Below are positions 18,397 to 27,148 of a stretch of DNA of 64,000 nucleotides, in pieces. Positions within the stretch are counted from its first letter, which is position 1, and each line of letters starts with the position of its first letter. Both the position numbers and the translations under genes were made by a program. The stretch comes from Vicinamibacterales bacterium (GTDB taxonomy: Bacteria > Acidobacteriota > Vicinamibacteria > Vicinamibacterales > CAVVIG01). The notes below the pieces were generated by a model. It was not told the origin of the DNA and made no database searches. It was given only the letters and a program-made list of their open reading frames with translations. Location of the stretch: the NCBI GenBank assembly GCA_036268855.1, contig DATATJ010000173.1, positions 30,237 to 94,236 of the forward strand, in the 5' to 3' direction.

Positions 18397-18429
18397 TCTG
18401 CGGAACCGGAACCTGCGTGAACGCCGGCA

Positions 18430-18870
18430 TCAGCCGGCGACAGGCGGCCCCCGGGGCGATCGCGGCGAGAAGTCGTGGGCTTTCGGCTGGCGAACGCAGG
18501 CGCGGGCGAGCACCCCGATCGGTTCGAGCGCAAACGCGACGCTGGTGTCGGCGTCCACGAAGGCCGCCGGCGCGTCGTTCTGAATCACCGCGTCGTCGTC
18601 GTCGATAGACGTGTGAGGGGCGTGCTGCAGCCGCAAACCTTCGTCGATGAGGCCCGCCGGCCCGCGCGAGTACGGATGGGCGACCGGCCCGCTGAGCGAT
18701 TTCGTGACACGTACGAGCTTGTGAAGCGTGAGGCCGGCCTGCGGGTCGCACACCCTCCCTCGGCTGACACCTGCCTGGGCTGCCAGCGCGATCGAGGGGA
18801 CGAGCAGCCACAACAACACGAGGCCGCCGCCCTTCACCAGGCTCCGAACGAGGGATGAAGAGGAACGCAT
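18430..18870 (-). CDS. hypothetical secreted protein (first gene of the radical-SAM operon)
   Basis: The internal ATG at 18870 gives MRSSSSLVRSLVKGGGLVLLWLLVPSIALAAQA (signal-like). GC-rich third codon positions. No recognisable domain. Confidence 0.5.
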   Translation of the reverse strand: MRSSSSLVRSLVKGGGLVLLWLLVPSIALAAQAGVSRGRVCDPQAGLTLHKLVRVTKSLSGPVAHPYSRGPAGLIDEGLRLQHAPHTSIDDDDAVIQNDAPAAFVDADTSVAFALEPIGVLARACVRQPKAHDFSPRSPRGPPVAG

Positions 18871-18919
18871 CAAAAAACGGATTAGGTGCGCGGGAAAAGC
18901 GATATCACTATCCCACAGC

Positions 18920-18933
18920 GCGCACGCGTGCGC
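18920..18933. promoter_or_regulatory. perfect 14-bp palindrome GCGCACGCGTGCGC upstream of the radical-SAM operon (possible operator)
   Basis: Read directly. Lies 50-63 nt upstream of the 18870 start. Confidence 0.3.
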
Positions 18934-19002
18934 AACAACAGAACCCCGCAAAGATCGTAGGCGATCGGGCACTGATTCGCCTAATTTTCGCCGCGATCTC
19001 TC

Positions 19003-19158
19003 TTATTTCGCCGGCGGAGGTCGAAGCGGGAGGCTGAACTGGTAGTGGCACCGGTTACAGATGAACCATCGCTGCGAGCTGCCTGATTGCTCCTCTTCCT
19101 CCACCTGGTCGGCGCGCTGGCATCGCGGGCACGAGGGGATCGGACGAGGGGCCGGCAT
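19003..19158 (-). CDS. candidate 51-aa zinc-ribbon protein (below the track cutoff)
   Basis: Hand translation: MPAPRPIPSCPRCQRADQVEEEEQSGSSQRWFICNRCHYQFSLPLRPPPAK, TAA stop. CPRC-x20-CNRC. GC-rich third positions. No clear SD. Confidence 0.35.
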   Translation of the reverse strand: MPAPRPIPSCPRCQRADQVEEEEQSGSSQRWFICNRCHYQFSLPLRPPPAK

Positions 19159-19213
19159 GAGGCGCGAAGTCTAGCACGCGCGACCGATCTGCACGGTGCA
19201 ATAGACTGGAAGC

Positions 19214-20197
19214 ATGCCGCCCATCAAGCGGACGAAGTTCAAGCTCTCGTCGGAACAGCTGCTCGAGATGTTTCAGTGGCTCAAGCTGATTCGCGCGTTC
19301 GATGAGCGGCTCAGCATTCTCGTCAAGCAGGGCCAGGTCCGCAGCGGCGTCTATACCGGCATCGGCCAGGAAGCGGTGATCGTCGGTACCGGGTTCGGGC
19401 TGCGCACGGACGACTACATCTGCCCGCTCCATCGCGATCTCGGGTCCTTCCTCATGAAGGGGGTGGAGCCCCGCGTGATGATGTCGCAGATGTTCGGCAA
19501 ACCAACGGGCCTGTCCAAGGGCCGCGACTCGGCGCTGCACAGCGGCGTGTCCGAGCTGGGGATTTTCGGCAACACGAGCATGCTCGGCGCGAATCTGCCG
19601 GTGGCGGCGGGCCTCGCGCTCACCTTCAAGATGGAGCAGACCGACCGCGTCGTCGTCGCGTACTTCGGCGAGGGCGCGAGCAACGTCGGCGACTTCCACG
19701 AAGCGCTGAATTTCGCAGGCGTCCAGCGGCTTCCCGTCGTTTTCGTCTGCGAAAACAACCAGTACGCCTACTCCGTTCCGCTCGAGAAGAGCATGGCGAT
19801 CGACGACGTCGCCGATCGCGCGGAGAGCTATGGGTTCGAGGGCGTGTCGATCAACGGCAACGACGTGCTGGCGGTCTACCAGTCCACGGTCGGCGCCATC
19901 GCGCACGCCCGCAGCGGCGAGGGGCCGACGCTCATCGAGTGCAAGACCTACCGCTGGCACGGCCACTCGGAGCACGACAAGGCGTTTTATCGATCCGACG
20001 AAGAGCTCGCGATGTGGAAGAGCCGCGACCCGATTCCGACATTCACCACCTACCTCCAGGCGCGCCACGTGCTGGACGATGCGAAGCTGAAGGAGATTGA
20101 AGCGCGCGTCAAGGACACGATCGACGATGCGGTGGAGTACGCGGCGAACGCGCCGGAGCCGCGACTCGAAGATGCCGTGACGGATCTCTATGCGTAG
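19214..20197 (+). CDS. TPP-dependent 2-oxoacid dehydrogenase E1 component, alpha subunit
   Basis: 327 aa. TPP-binding block GEGASNVGDFHEALNFAGVQRLPVVFVCENNQYA. Confidence 0.9.
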   Translation: MPPIKRTKFKLSSEQLLEMFQWLKLIRAFDERLSILVKQGQVRSGVYTGIGQEAVIVGTGFGLRTDDYICPLHRDLGSFLMKGVEPRVMMSQMFGKPTGLSKGRDSALHSGVSELGIFGNTSMLGANLPVAAGLALTFKMEQTDRVVVAYFGEGASNVGDFHEALNFAGVQRLPVVFVCENNQYAYSVPLEKSMAIDDVADRAESYGFEGVSINGNDVLAVYQSTVGAIAHARSGEGPTLIECKTYRWHGHSEHDKAFYRSDEELAMWKSRDPIPTFTTYLQARHVLDDAKLKEIEARVKDTIDDAVEYAANAPEPRLEDAVTDLYA

Positions 20198-20242
20198 CAC
20201 ACCTGTCGGATGTTCAGGCCTTCGACGTTCGGGCGGGCGGTC

Positions 20243-21226
20243 ATGAGCCGGGAGCTGTCGTATCTCGAAGCGATCCGCGAGGCGATGGTCGAGGAGATGC
20301 GCCGCGATCCGAAGGTGTTCGTCCTCGGCGAGGATGTCGGCGCCTATGGCGGCGCATTCGGCGTCACGCAGGGCATGCACGAGGAATTCGGCGACCTGCG
20401 CGTCGTGGACACGCCGATCTCGGAGTCCGCGATCGTCGGCATCAGCATCGGCGCGGCGCTGCGCGGATATCGTCCGATTGCCGAGATGCAGTTCGCCGAC
20501 TTCATCTCGTGCGCGTTCGATCAGATCGTGAACCAGGCCGCGACACTGCGCTATCGCTATGGCGGCCGCGCGGCGGTGCCGATGGTCATCCGCGCGCCAA
20601 GCGGCGGCAACGTCGGCGGCGGCCTCTATCACTCGCAGAATCCCGAAGCCTGGTTCGTGCACCGTCCGGGGCTGAAAGTGGTGGCGCCGTCCACGGCGTA
20701 CGACGCGAAGGGGCTGCTCAAGGCCGCGATTCGCGACGACAACCCCGTCGTCTACTTCGAGCACAAGTATCTCTACCGCCGGGCGAAGGGGCCCGTGCCC
20801 GAAGGCGACGAGGTGGTGCCGATCGGTGTCGCCGCCACGCGCCGGGAGGGCCGCGACGCGACGCTGCTGACGTACGGCGCGATGGTCCAGCCGTCGCTCG
20901 ACGCGGCCGATCGCCTCGCGAAGGAGGGCGTCGAGGTGGAGGTGATCGACCTGCGAACGCTGCTGCCGCTCGACAAGGAAGCGATCTTCACCTCGATCGA
21001 GAAGACGAACCGTGCGCTCATCGTCCATGAGGACGTGAAGACGCTCGGCGTCGGCGCCGAGATATCGGCGGTGATCATGGAGGAGAAGTTCGAAGCCCTC
21101 GACGCTCCCGTGATGCGGTTGACGTACCCCGACACGTACACGCCGTTTGCGCAGATCCTCGAAGCCGCCAATCTTCCGAACGCCGACACGATCGCGGACG
21201 CTCTCCGAAGGCTGGCCAGTTACTGA
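20243..21226 (+). CDS. 2-oxoacid dehydrogenase E1 component, beta subunit
   Basis: Start at MSRELSYLEAIREAM. Typical transketolase-like pyrimidine-binding and C-terminal domains. No E2 or E3 gene adjacent. Confidence 0.9.
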   Translation: MSRELSYLEAIREAMVEEMRRDPKVFVLGEDVGAYGGAFGVTQGMHEEFGDLRVVDTPISESAIVGISIGAALRGYRPIAEMQFADFISCAFDQIVNQAATLRYRYGGRAAVPMVIRAPSGGNVGGGLYHSQNPEAWFVHRPGLKVVAPSTAYDAKGLLKAAIRDDNPVVYFEHKYLYRRAKGPVPEGDEVVPIGVAATRREGRDATLLTYGAMVQPSLDAADRLAKEGVEVEVIDLRTLLPLDKEAIFTSIEKTNRALIVHEDVKTLGVGAEISAVIMEEKFEALDAPVMRLTYPDTYTPFAQILEAANLPNADTIADALRRLASY

Positions 21227-21278
21227 CGGTACGCGGGAATTGGATGGACGCGGCGCTTCGGCCGTCGAATCTTTGCGG

Positions 21279-22199
21279 CTACTTCCCAGCAGGACGTTTG
21301 AAGAGCGCGTCCAGCGCCCGCCCGACATCCTCGAAGCGGAACGCGTACTCCTGCTGCGCCCGTGCGGGAATGGCGCGCTGGCCCGAGAGCAGCAGCGCGT
21401 CCGCCATCTCGCCAAGCAGGAGCCGCAGTGCGAATGCGGGCGCCGGCATGAGGGCCGGCCGGTGCATCGCGCGGCCGAGCGCGGCGGCGAATGCCTTGTT
21501 GGTGACCGGGTTCGGCGCCGTCGCATTCACCGCTCCCGAGACGCTGCTCTGGCCGATCGCCCAGCGAACAATCCCGATCCAGTCGTCGCGGTGAATCCAC
21601 GGCCAGTACTGACGGCCCGAGCCGACCGGGCCGCCCGCGAGCAGCCAGAAGGGCGGCAGCATCCGGGGCAGCGCGCCGCCGTCGCGCGCCAGCACCAGCC
21701 CCGTGCGAATGCAGACGACGCGCGTGCGGTCCGAAGCGGCGCGATTGGCCTCCGCTTCCCACGCCACGCACACACGCCCCAGAAAGTCCGATCCGGGCGC
21801 CGAGCTCTCGGTGACGATGTCGTCGCCGCACGGGCCGTAGTAACCGACGGCGGAGCCGCTCACGAGTACCGCCGGCGGTGCGCTGGCGCGTGCGATCGCG
21901 TCGGCGAGGCTGCGCGTGGCATTGACGCGGCTGTCGAGGATTTGCTGTTTTCGCGGAACCGACCATCGACCCGCGGCGATCGACTCGCCCGCCAGGTTGA
22001 CCACGGCGTCGGCGCCATCGATCTCGCGCGCGGCGGCGCCGGCGCGGCCGTCGGGCGCCCACGGCGCGAGGCGGACGCCGCCGGGGCGGATGGCGGCTGC
22101 CGCGCGGGTGAGGACGACGACGGTGTGTCCGTCGGCGGCGAGGGCGTCGGCGAGCGGGCGTCCGAGGAATCCGGTGCCGCCGGCGATGACGATTTTCAT
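21279..22199 (-). CDS. TIGR01777/YfcH-like NAD-dependent epimerase-family protein (C-terminal DUF1731)
   Basis: 306 aa. N-terminus MKIVIAGGTGFLGRPLADAL. C-terminal LLLGEMADALLLSGQRAIPARA block. Confidence 0.85.
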   Translation of the reverse strand: MKIVIAGGTGFLGRPLADALAADGHTVVVLTRAAAAIRPGGVRLAPWAPDGRAGAAAREIDGADAVVNLAGESIAAGRWSVPRKQQILDSRVNATRSLADAIARASAPPAVLVSGSAVGYYGPCGDDIVTESSAPGSDFLGRVCVAWEAEANRAASDRTRVVCIRTGLVLARDGGALPRMLPPFWLLAGGPVGSGRQYWPWIHRDDWIGIVRWAIGQSSVSGAVNATAPNPVTNKAFAAALGRAMHRPALMPAPAFALRLLLGEMADALLLSGQRAIPARAQQEYAFRFEDVGRALDALFKRPAGK

Positions 22200-22242
22200 G
22201 CGCGAGGTCTAGTGTAGGCGGCGGGGCGGCCGGCGGCTCGTG

Positions 22243-22283
22243 TTGACAATGCAGGCGTATTTTTGTTAACTAACCAGTTAGTT
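22243..22283 (+). promoter_or_regulatory. sigma70-like promoter (TTGACA-17-TTAACT) overlapped by the AACTAAC-CA-GTTAGTT operator-like palindrome
   Basis: TTGACA at 22243-22248, TTAACT at 22266-22271, 7-bp inverted repeat at 22268-22283, directly upstream of the TetR gene ATG at 22291. Confidence 0.5.
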
Positions 22284-22290
22284 TTAATTT

Positions 22291-22926
22291 ATGACCCGCG
22301 CCGCCCGCGTCTCCCCCGACCAGATCCTCGCCGCCGCCGCCGACGAGTTCGCCGAGCGCGGTTTCGCCGGCGCCCGCGTCGACCGCATCGCCCGCCGCGC
22401 GCACGTGAACAAGGCGATGCTCTACTACCACTTCAAGAGCAAGCAGCACCTCTACCGTACCCTCCTGCGCCGCAGCTTCACGCTGGCGGGCGGCCGCCTT
22501 CAGGCGATCGCCGCGGGCAACCGTCCGCCGGCCGACAAGGTCCAGGATGCCATCGTGGCGCTCGGATCGCTCATCCGCGAGCACGCGCAGCTGCCGTCGA
22601 TGATGCTTCGCGAAGTCGCCGACGGCGGCGCACACCTCGACCGCGAGACGCTGGCCGCACTCGCCAGCGTGCCGCGCGCGTTTGCCGAAATCGTCACCGA
22701 AGGGGTCGCGGCGGGGGCGTTCCGCGATCTCGATCCGCTCGCCGCCTACTTCACGATCATCGCGCCCGTACTGTTCTTTCACGCGTCGGCACCCATCCGC
22801 CGGCAGCTCACCGCGATGCACCTGATGCCGCACTTCGCCGCCTCCGACGACTTCGTACGCCACGTCCAGGACAGCGTGCGTCTGGCGTTCGCGCCGGATC
22901 GTTCGCGGAAGAGGACCACACGATGA
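22291..22926 (+). CDS. TetR/AcrR-family transcriptional regulator (CecR/YbiH-like position)
   Basis: 211 aa. HTH block ILAAAADEFAERGFAGARVDRIARRAHVNKAMLYYHFKSK. Confidence 0.9.
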   Translation: MTRAARVSPDQILAAAADEFAERGFAGARVDRIARRAHVNKAMLYYHFKSKQHLYRTLLRRSFTLAGGRLQAIAAGNRPPADKVQDAIVALGSLIREHAQLPSMMLREVADGGAHLDRETLAALASVPRAFAEIVTEGVAAGAFRDLDPLAAYFTIIAPVLFFHASAPIRRQLTAMHLMPHFAASDDFVRHVQDSVRLAFAPDRSRKRTTR

Positions 22927-23969
22927 CGCCTCGCGTCCTTCCCCCGCCGCCCCGATGGCGCGCGGCGCTGCTCGCCAGCGCGGCGCTCGCGGCGTTGGCT
23001 GTCGCCGCCGCCTGCAAGCCGAAGCCACCGGCCGATCGCATCCGCGTGTCGGGACAGGTTGAAACAACAGACGTCCACGTGGCGGCCACCGTCGGCGGGC
23101 GTCTGCTGGATCTCCGCGTCAAGGAAGGCGACCGCGTTTCGGACGGCGACGTCGTCGCGAAGCTGGACACGGCCGACGCCGAGCTCCAGCTCGCGCGCGC
23201 CGTGGCAGACCGCGATCAGGCCGGCGCGCAGCTGCGGCTGCTCGAGGCCGGCGCCCGCCCCGAGGACGTGCGTCAGGCGCAAGCGCAGGCCGCGACGGCG
23301 CGGTCCGACGTGGGCGCTGCCGACGCCGAGCTGTCGTCGGCCCAGGCGGACGTCGACCGATTCGAGTCGCTCCTCGCCTCCAAGTCGGGCTCGCGCAAAC
23401 AGCGCGACGATGCGGTGACGAAGCGGGATGTGGCGCGCGCGCACGTCCAGGGCACGCGCGATCGCGTGCGCGCGGCCGACGAAAGCGTCGCGCGCCTGCG
23501 CGCCGGATCCCGGAAGGAAGAGATCGCCGCCGCGCGCGCTCGCGTGGCTTCTGCCGACGCGCAGTTGGCGACGCTTCGCAAAGCCATTGCCGACGCCACG
23601 GTCGTCGCGCCGATCGGCGGGATCGTCACCGAGAAGCTGGCGGATCCCGGAGAGATTGTTCAGCCTCTCGGGCCGATCGTGGTCGTGTCCGATCTCGATC
23701 ATGCGTGGGCGAACGTGTATGTCGGCGAGCCCGACGTGCCGCAGCTGCGCGTCGGCCGGCCGGCCACCGTCTTCACCGATGCCGGCGGCGCCGGCATCGC
23801 CGGCACCGTGAGCTACGTCTCGGCGAAAGCCGAGTTCACGCCGCGAAATGTGCAGACGGCCGAGGATCGATCGAAGCTCGTGTACCGCGTGAAGATCGCC
23901 GTGGACAACCGCAACGGCGTGCTCAAGGCCGGCATGCCGGTGGAAGCGGAGATTCCCATTGCCCGCTGA
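22923..23969 (+). CDS. HlyD-family periplasmic adaptor (YbhG-like), lipoprotein-like N-terminus
   Basis: ATG 22923 overlaps the TetR stop (ATGA). LAVAAAC lipobox-like sequence, coiled-coil region, beta-barrel C-terminus. Confidence 0.85.
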   Translation: MTPRVLPPPPRWRAALLASAALAALAVAAACKPKPPADRIRVSGQVETTDVHVAATVGGRLLDLRVKEGDRVSDGDVVAKLDTADAELQLARAVADRDQAGAQLRLLEAGARPEDVRQAQAQAATARSDVGAADAELSSAQADVDRFESLLASKSGSRKQRDDAVTKRDVARAHVQGTRDRVRAADESVARLRAGSRKEEIAAARARVASADAQLATLRKAIADATVVAPIGGIVTEKLADPGEIVQPLGPIVVVSDLDHAWANVYVGEPDVPQLRVGRPATVFTDAGGAGIAGTVSYVSAKAEFTPRNVQTAEDRSKLVYRVKIAVDNRNGVLKAGMPVEAEIPIAR

Positions 23970-24885
23970 CAGCATCGTCCTCGACGGTGTGACGAAGCGC
24001 TACGGCGCGACCACCGCGGTGCGCGAGCTCTCGCTCGCGGTCGCGCAAGGCGAAATGTTCGGCCTCATCGGTCCAGATGGGGCCGGCAAGACCACGACGA
24101 TTCGCATTATCTGCGGCCTGCTCAAAGCGGATGCCGGCCATGCGCGCGTGCTCGGCCTCGATCCCGTGCGGGATCACCGGCAGCTCACCGCTTCGGTGGG
24201 ATATCTGTCGCAGCGCTTCAGCCTGTATGGCGACTTGAGCGTGGACGAGAACATCGCGTTCTTCGCCGAGATCCACGGTTTGCGCGACTACCGGGCGCGC
24301 CGCGATCGGCTGCTCGAGATGACGCAGCTGGCGGCGTTCCGCACACGGCTCGCCGACCGGCTGTCGGGCGGGATGAAGCAGAAGCTCGCGCTGGCATGCA
24401 CGCTGATCCACGAGCCGGCCCTGATCGTTCTCGACGAGCCGACCACCGGCGTGGACCCGGTGTCGCGGCGCGAATTCTGGAAGCTGCTCTCGGAATTCCT
24501 GTCTCAGGGCATCACGATCGTCATGGCGACGCCGTATCTGGACGAAGCCGAGCGCTGCGCGCGGGTCGCACTCCTGCACGGCGGCCAACTGCTGGCGCTC
24601 GACCGGCCGGACGCGTTGCGGGCGTCGCTGCCCGGCGCCCTGTTCGAAGTGATCGTCGCCGATCACCGCCGCGCGCAAGAGGCCTTGGCGCTTGTACCAG
24701 GCGTCTCCGACGTGCAGTTCTTCGGCGAGCGGGCCCATGTGCGCATGAGCGCGTCCGATGCCACGGCGTCCGCAGCGCTGCGGTCCCGGCTCGAAGCGTC
24801 CGGACTGACGGTAGACGCCATCAGGCCGATTCGGACGTCGCTCGAAGACGTTTTCATCGCTCGACTGAGCGAGGCCGGATCATGA
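23959..24885 (+). CDS. ABC transporter ATP-binding protein (YbhF N-half-like)
   Basis: 308 aa, TTG start. Walker A GPDGAGKTT, signature LSGGMKQKL, Walker B LIVLDEPTTG. Confidence 0.9.
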   Translation: MPADSIVLDGVTKRYGATTAVRELSLAVAQGEMFGLIGPDGAGKTTTIRIICGLLKADAGHARVLGLDPVRDHRQLTASVGYLSQRFSLYGDLSVDENIAFFAEIHGLRDYRARRDRLLEMTQLAAFRTRLADRLSGGMKQKLALACTLIHEPALIVLDEPTTGVDPVSRREFWKLLSEFLSQGITIVMATPYLDEAERCARVALLHGGQLLALDRPDALRASLPGALFEVIVADHRRAQEALALVPGVSDVQFFGERAHVRMSASDATASAALRSRLEASGLTVDAIRPIRTSLEDVFIARLSEAGS

Positions 24886-26216
24886 GGGGCGTCACCGCGA
24901 TCGCGACGGCCCTCTATCTGATGTCCGGCTCCGCCTGGGCGCAGACGCGAGGAGACACGGCCGCGCCGCCGGTGTCGATCACCGTGGACGACGCGATTGC
25001 GCGCGGGCTGGCGGCCAGCCATCGTCTCGCCGAAGCCATCGCCCGTGGCGACGCCGCACAGGCCGCCGTGGCGCAGCGCCGCGCGGCAGCGCTGCCGCAG
25101 ATTGCGGCGCAGGCGGGCTACACGCGGACGAATCACGTCGAGGCCTTCGGCCTGGCGCTCCCGAATGGCCGTCTGCAGATCATCTATCCAGACGTTCCGG
25201 ACAACTATCGAACCCGCCTGGATTTGCAGTGGCCGATTTACACCGGCGGGCGCACGGACGCCCTCGAACGCGCGGCGCGCGGCGAGATGGCAGCCGCCGG
25301 GCAGGACGTGGCGGCCGCACGCGCCGATCTCCGCCTCGAGCTCACGCGCGCGTACTGGGCGCTCGTCACCGCGACCGAATCGCAGCGCGTCGTGGACGAA
25401 TCCGTGGAGCGCGTGGACGCGCAGCTGGCTGACGTTCGCCACCAGCTCGATGCGGGGTTGATTCCGCCCAACGACGTGCTGACGGTCGAGGCGCAGGCGT
25501 CGCACCAGCGCATGCTGAGCGTCCAGGCGCATTCGCTCCGGGAGGTCGCCGAGTCGCTGCTCGCCTATCTCATCGGCGCCGAGCCGGGCACGGCGCTCGC
25601 CGCGACGTCGCCCCTCGAACCCGTTCCAGTGCCCGCGCCGTCGGCCGACACACTCGCGGAGACCGCGCGACGCCAGCGGCCGGAGCGAGCGGCGCTCGAC
25701 GCACGCCTGGGGGCAGCCGGCGACCGGACGCGTGCGGCGCGTGCGGAGGCGAAGCCGACGATCGCGATCGGCGGCGGCGGCGACTACGCGCGGCCGAATC
25801 CGCGGATTTTTCCCCGCGACGATGTCTGGAGCTCGTCGTGGGACGCCAGCGTCAACGTCAGCTGGCCGATCTTCGACGGCGGACGCACGCGCGCGGACAT
25901 CGCGGAGGCCGAGGCCGGAAGGCGCGCCGCCCAGGAGCGGCTCCGGGAGTTCGATGCCGCGCTCCCGTTCGAACTGCAGCAGCGGACCAGCGAAGTCGTC
26001 TCGAGCCGGGCGGCCATCGCCGCCGCGGAAGACGGCGTCCGCGCCGCCACCGAGGCGCGCCGGGTCGTCGGCGATCGATTCGCGGCCGGGGTGGCGACGA
26101 GCACCGACGTGCTCAACGCGCAAGTGGCGCTGCTGCAGGCGGCACTCGACCGCACGCAGGCGCTGGCGTCCGCCCGGCTCGCGGAAGCGCGCCTCTCGAG
26201 GGCGCTCGGACAATGA
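24882..26216 (+). CDS. TolC-family outer-membrane efflux protein
   Basis: An ATGA overlap at 24882 gives MRGVTAIATALYLMSGSAWAQ. Two OEP repeats (e.g. TNHVEAFGLALP... and DYARPNPRIFP...). Confidence 0.85.
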   Translation: MRGVTAIATALYLMSGSAWAQTRGDTAAPPVSITVDDAIARGLAASHRLAEAIARGDAAQAAVAQRRAAALPQIAAQAGYTRTNHVEAFGLALPNGRLQIIYPDVPDNYRTRLDLQWPIYTGGRTDALERAARGEMAAAGQDVAAARADLRLELTRAYWALVTATESQRVVDESVERVDAQLADVRHQLDAGLIPPNDVLTVEAQASHQRMLSVQAHSLREVAESLLAYLIGAEPGTALAATSPLEPVPVPAPSADTLAETARRQRPERAALDARLGAAGDRTRAARAEAKPTIAIGGGGDYARPNPRIFPRDDVWSSSWDASVNVSWPIFDGGRTRADIAEAEAGRRAAQERLREFDAALPFELQQRTSEVVSSRAAIAAAEDGVRAATEARRVVGDRFAAGVATSTDVLNAQVALLQAALDRTQALASARLAEARLSRALGQ

Positions 26217-27148
26217 ACGCCATCAGCGTCCGGGATCTCTCGCGCCGGTTCGGTGACTTCGTCGCCGTGGACGGCCTCACCTTCGACGTCCGTCAGGGCG
26301 AAATCTTCGGCTTCCTCGGCAGCAACGGCGCGGGCAAATCCACGACGATCCGTATGCTCTGCGGCCTGCTGGCGCCCACGAGCGGCACGGCGACGGTGGA
26401 CGAAGTGGACGTGACACGGGATCCGGAGGGCGTGAAGCGCCGCATCGGCTACATGTCGCAGCGCTTCTCGCTCTACGAACAGCTCACGGTCGATCAGAAC
26501 ATCCGGTTCTTCGCGGGCATCTACGGCCTGACCGGCGCGCGGCTCGCCGAGCGCCGCCGCTTCGCGATCGAGATGGCCGGGCTCGAGGATCGTCAGCAGG
26601 CGCGCGCCGCAGACCTCGCTGGCGGGTGGCGCCAGCGACTGGCGCTCGGCTGCGCCATCCTTCACGAGCCGGCGATCGTGTTTCTCGACGAGCCCACGGG
26701 CGGAGTGGACCCGATCTCCCGCCGGCAATTCTGGCGGCTCATCGACCAGCTCTCGGCGTCGGGCGTCACGGTGCTGGTGACCACGCACTATCTCGACGAG
26801 GCCGAGCACTGCCATCGCCTCGCGATCATTCACGCCGGCCGGCTCGCGGCGATCGGGACGACCGACGAGCTCAAGCACGTATTTGCCGGCCGCGCCATCG
26901 TCGAAATCCAGGCGGCGAATCCGGTCGAGACGATGCGTACGCTCGATCGCCTGCCGGACGTCGAGAAGACGAGCCTCTTCGGCACGGCGGTCCACGCGGT
27001 GCTGAAATCGGCGCATGCGGACGCCGTCGATCGCCTGCACCAGGAGCTCGCCGCCGCGCGCGTTCCGGTGCAGGCCGTCTCGCTCGTGGAGCCGTCGCTC
27101 GAGGACGTCTTTCTGGATGTCGTGGACGGACGGGCGGTCCATGCGTAA
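26213..27148 (+). CDS. ABC transporter ATP-binding protein (YbhF C-half-like)
   Basis: An ATGA overlap with the TolC gene stop gives MNAISVRDLSRRFGDFVAVDGL. Walker A GSNGAGKST, signature LAGGWRQRL, Walker B IVFLDEPTGG. Confidence 0.9.
   Translation: MNAISVRDLSRRFGDFVAVDGLTFDVRQGEIFGFLGSNGAGKSTTIRMLCGLLAPTSGTATVDEVDVTRDPEGVKRRIGYMSQRFSLYEQLTVDQNIRFFAGIYGLTGARLAERRRFAIEMAGLEDRQQARAADLAGGWRQRLALGCAILHEPAIVFLDEPTGGVDPISRRQFWRLIDQLSASGVTVLVTTHYLDEAEHCHRLAIIHAGRLAAIGTTDELKHVFAGRAIVEIQAANPVETMRTLDRLPDVEKTSLFGTAVHAVLKSAHADAVDRLHQELAAARVPVQAVSLVEPSLEDVFLDVVDGRAVHA

Noticed and set aside
15805-18420. 871-aa plus-strand ORF antisense to the aminotransferase and radical SAM genes.
   Set aside because: It has no motifs. 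The opposite strand has the CxxxCxxC and DegT signatures. Shadow ORF.
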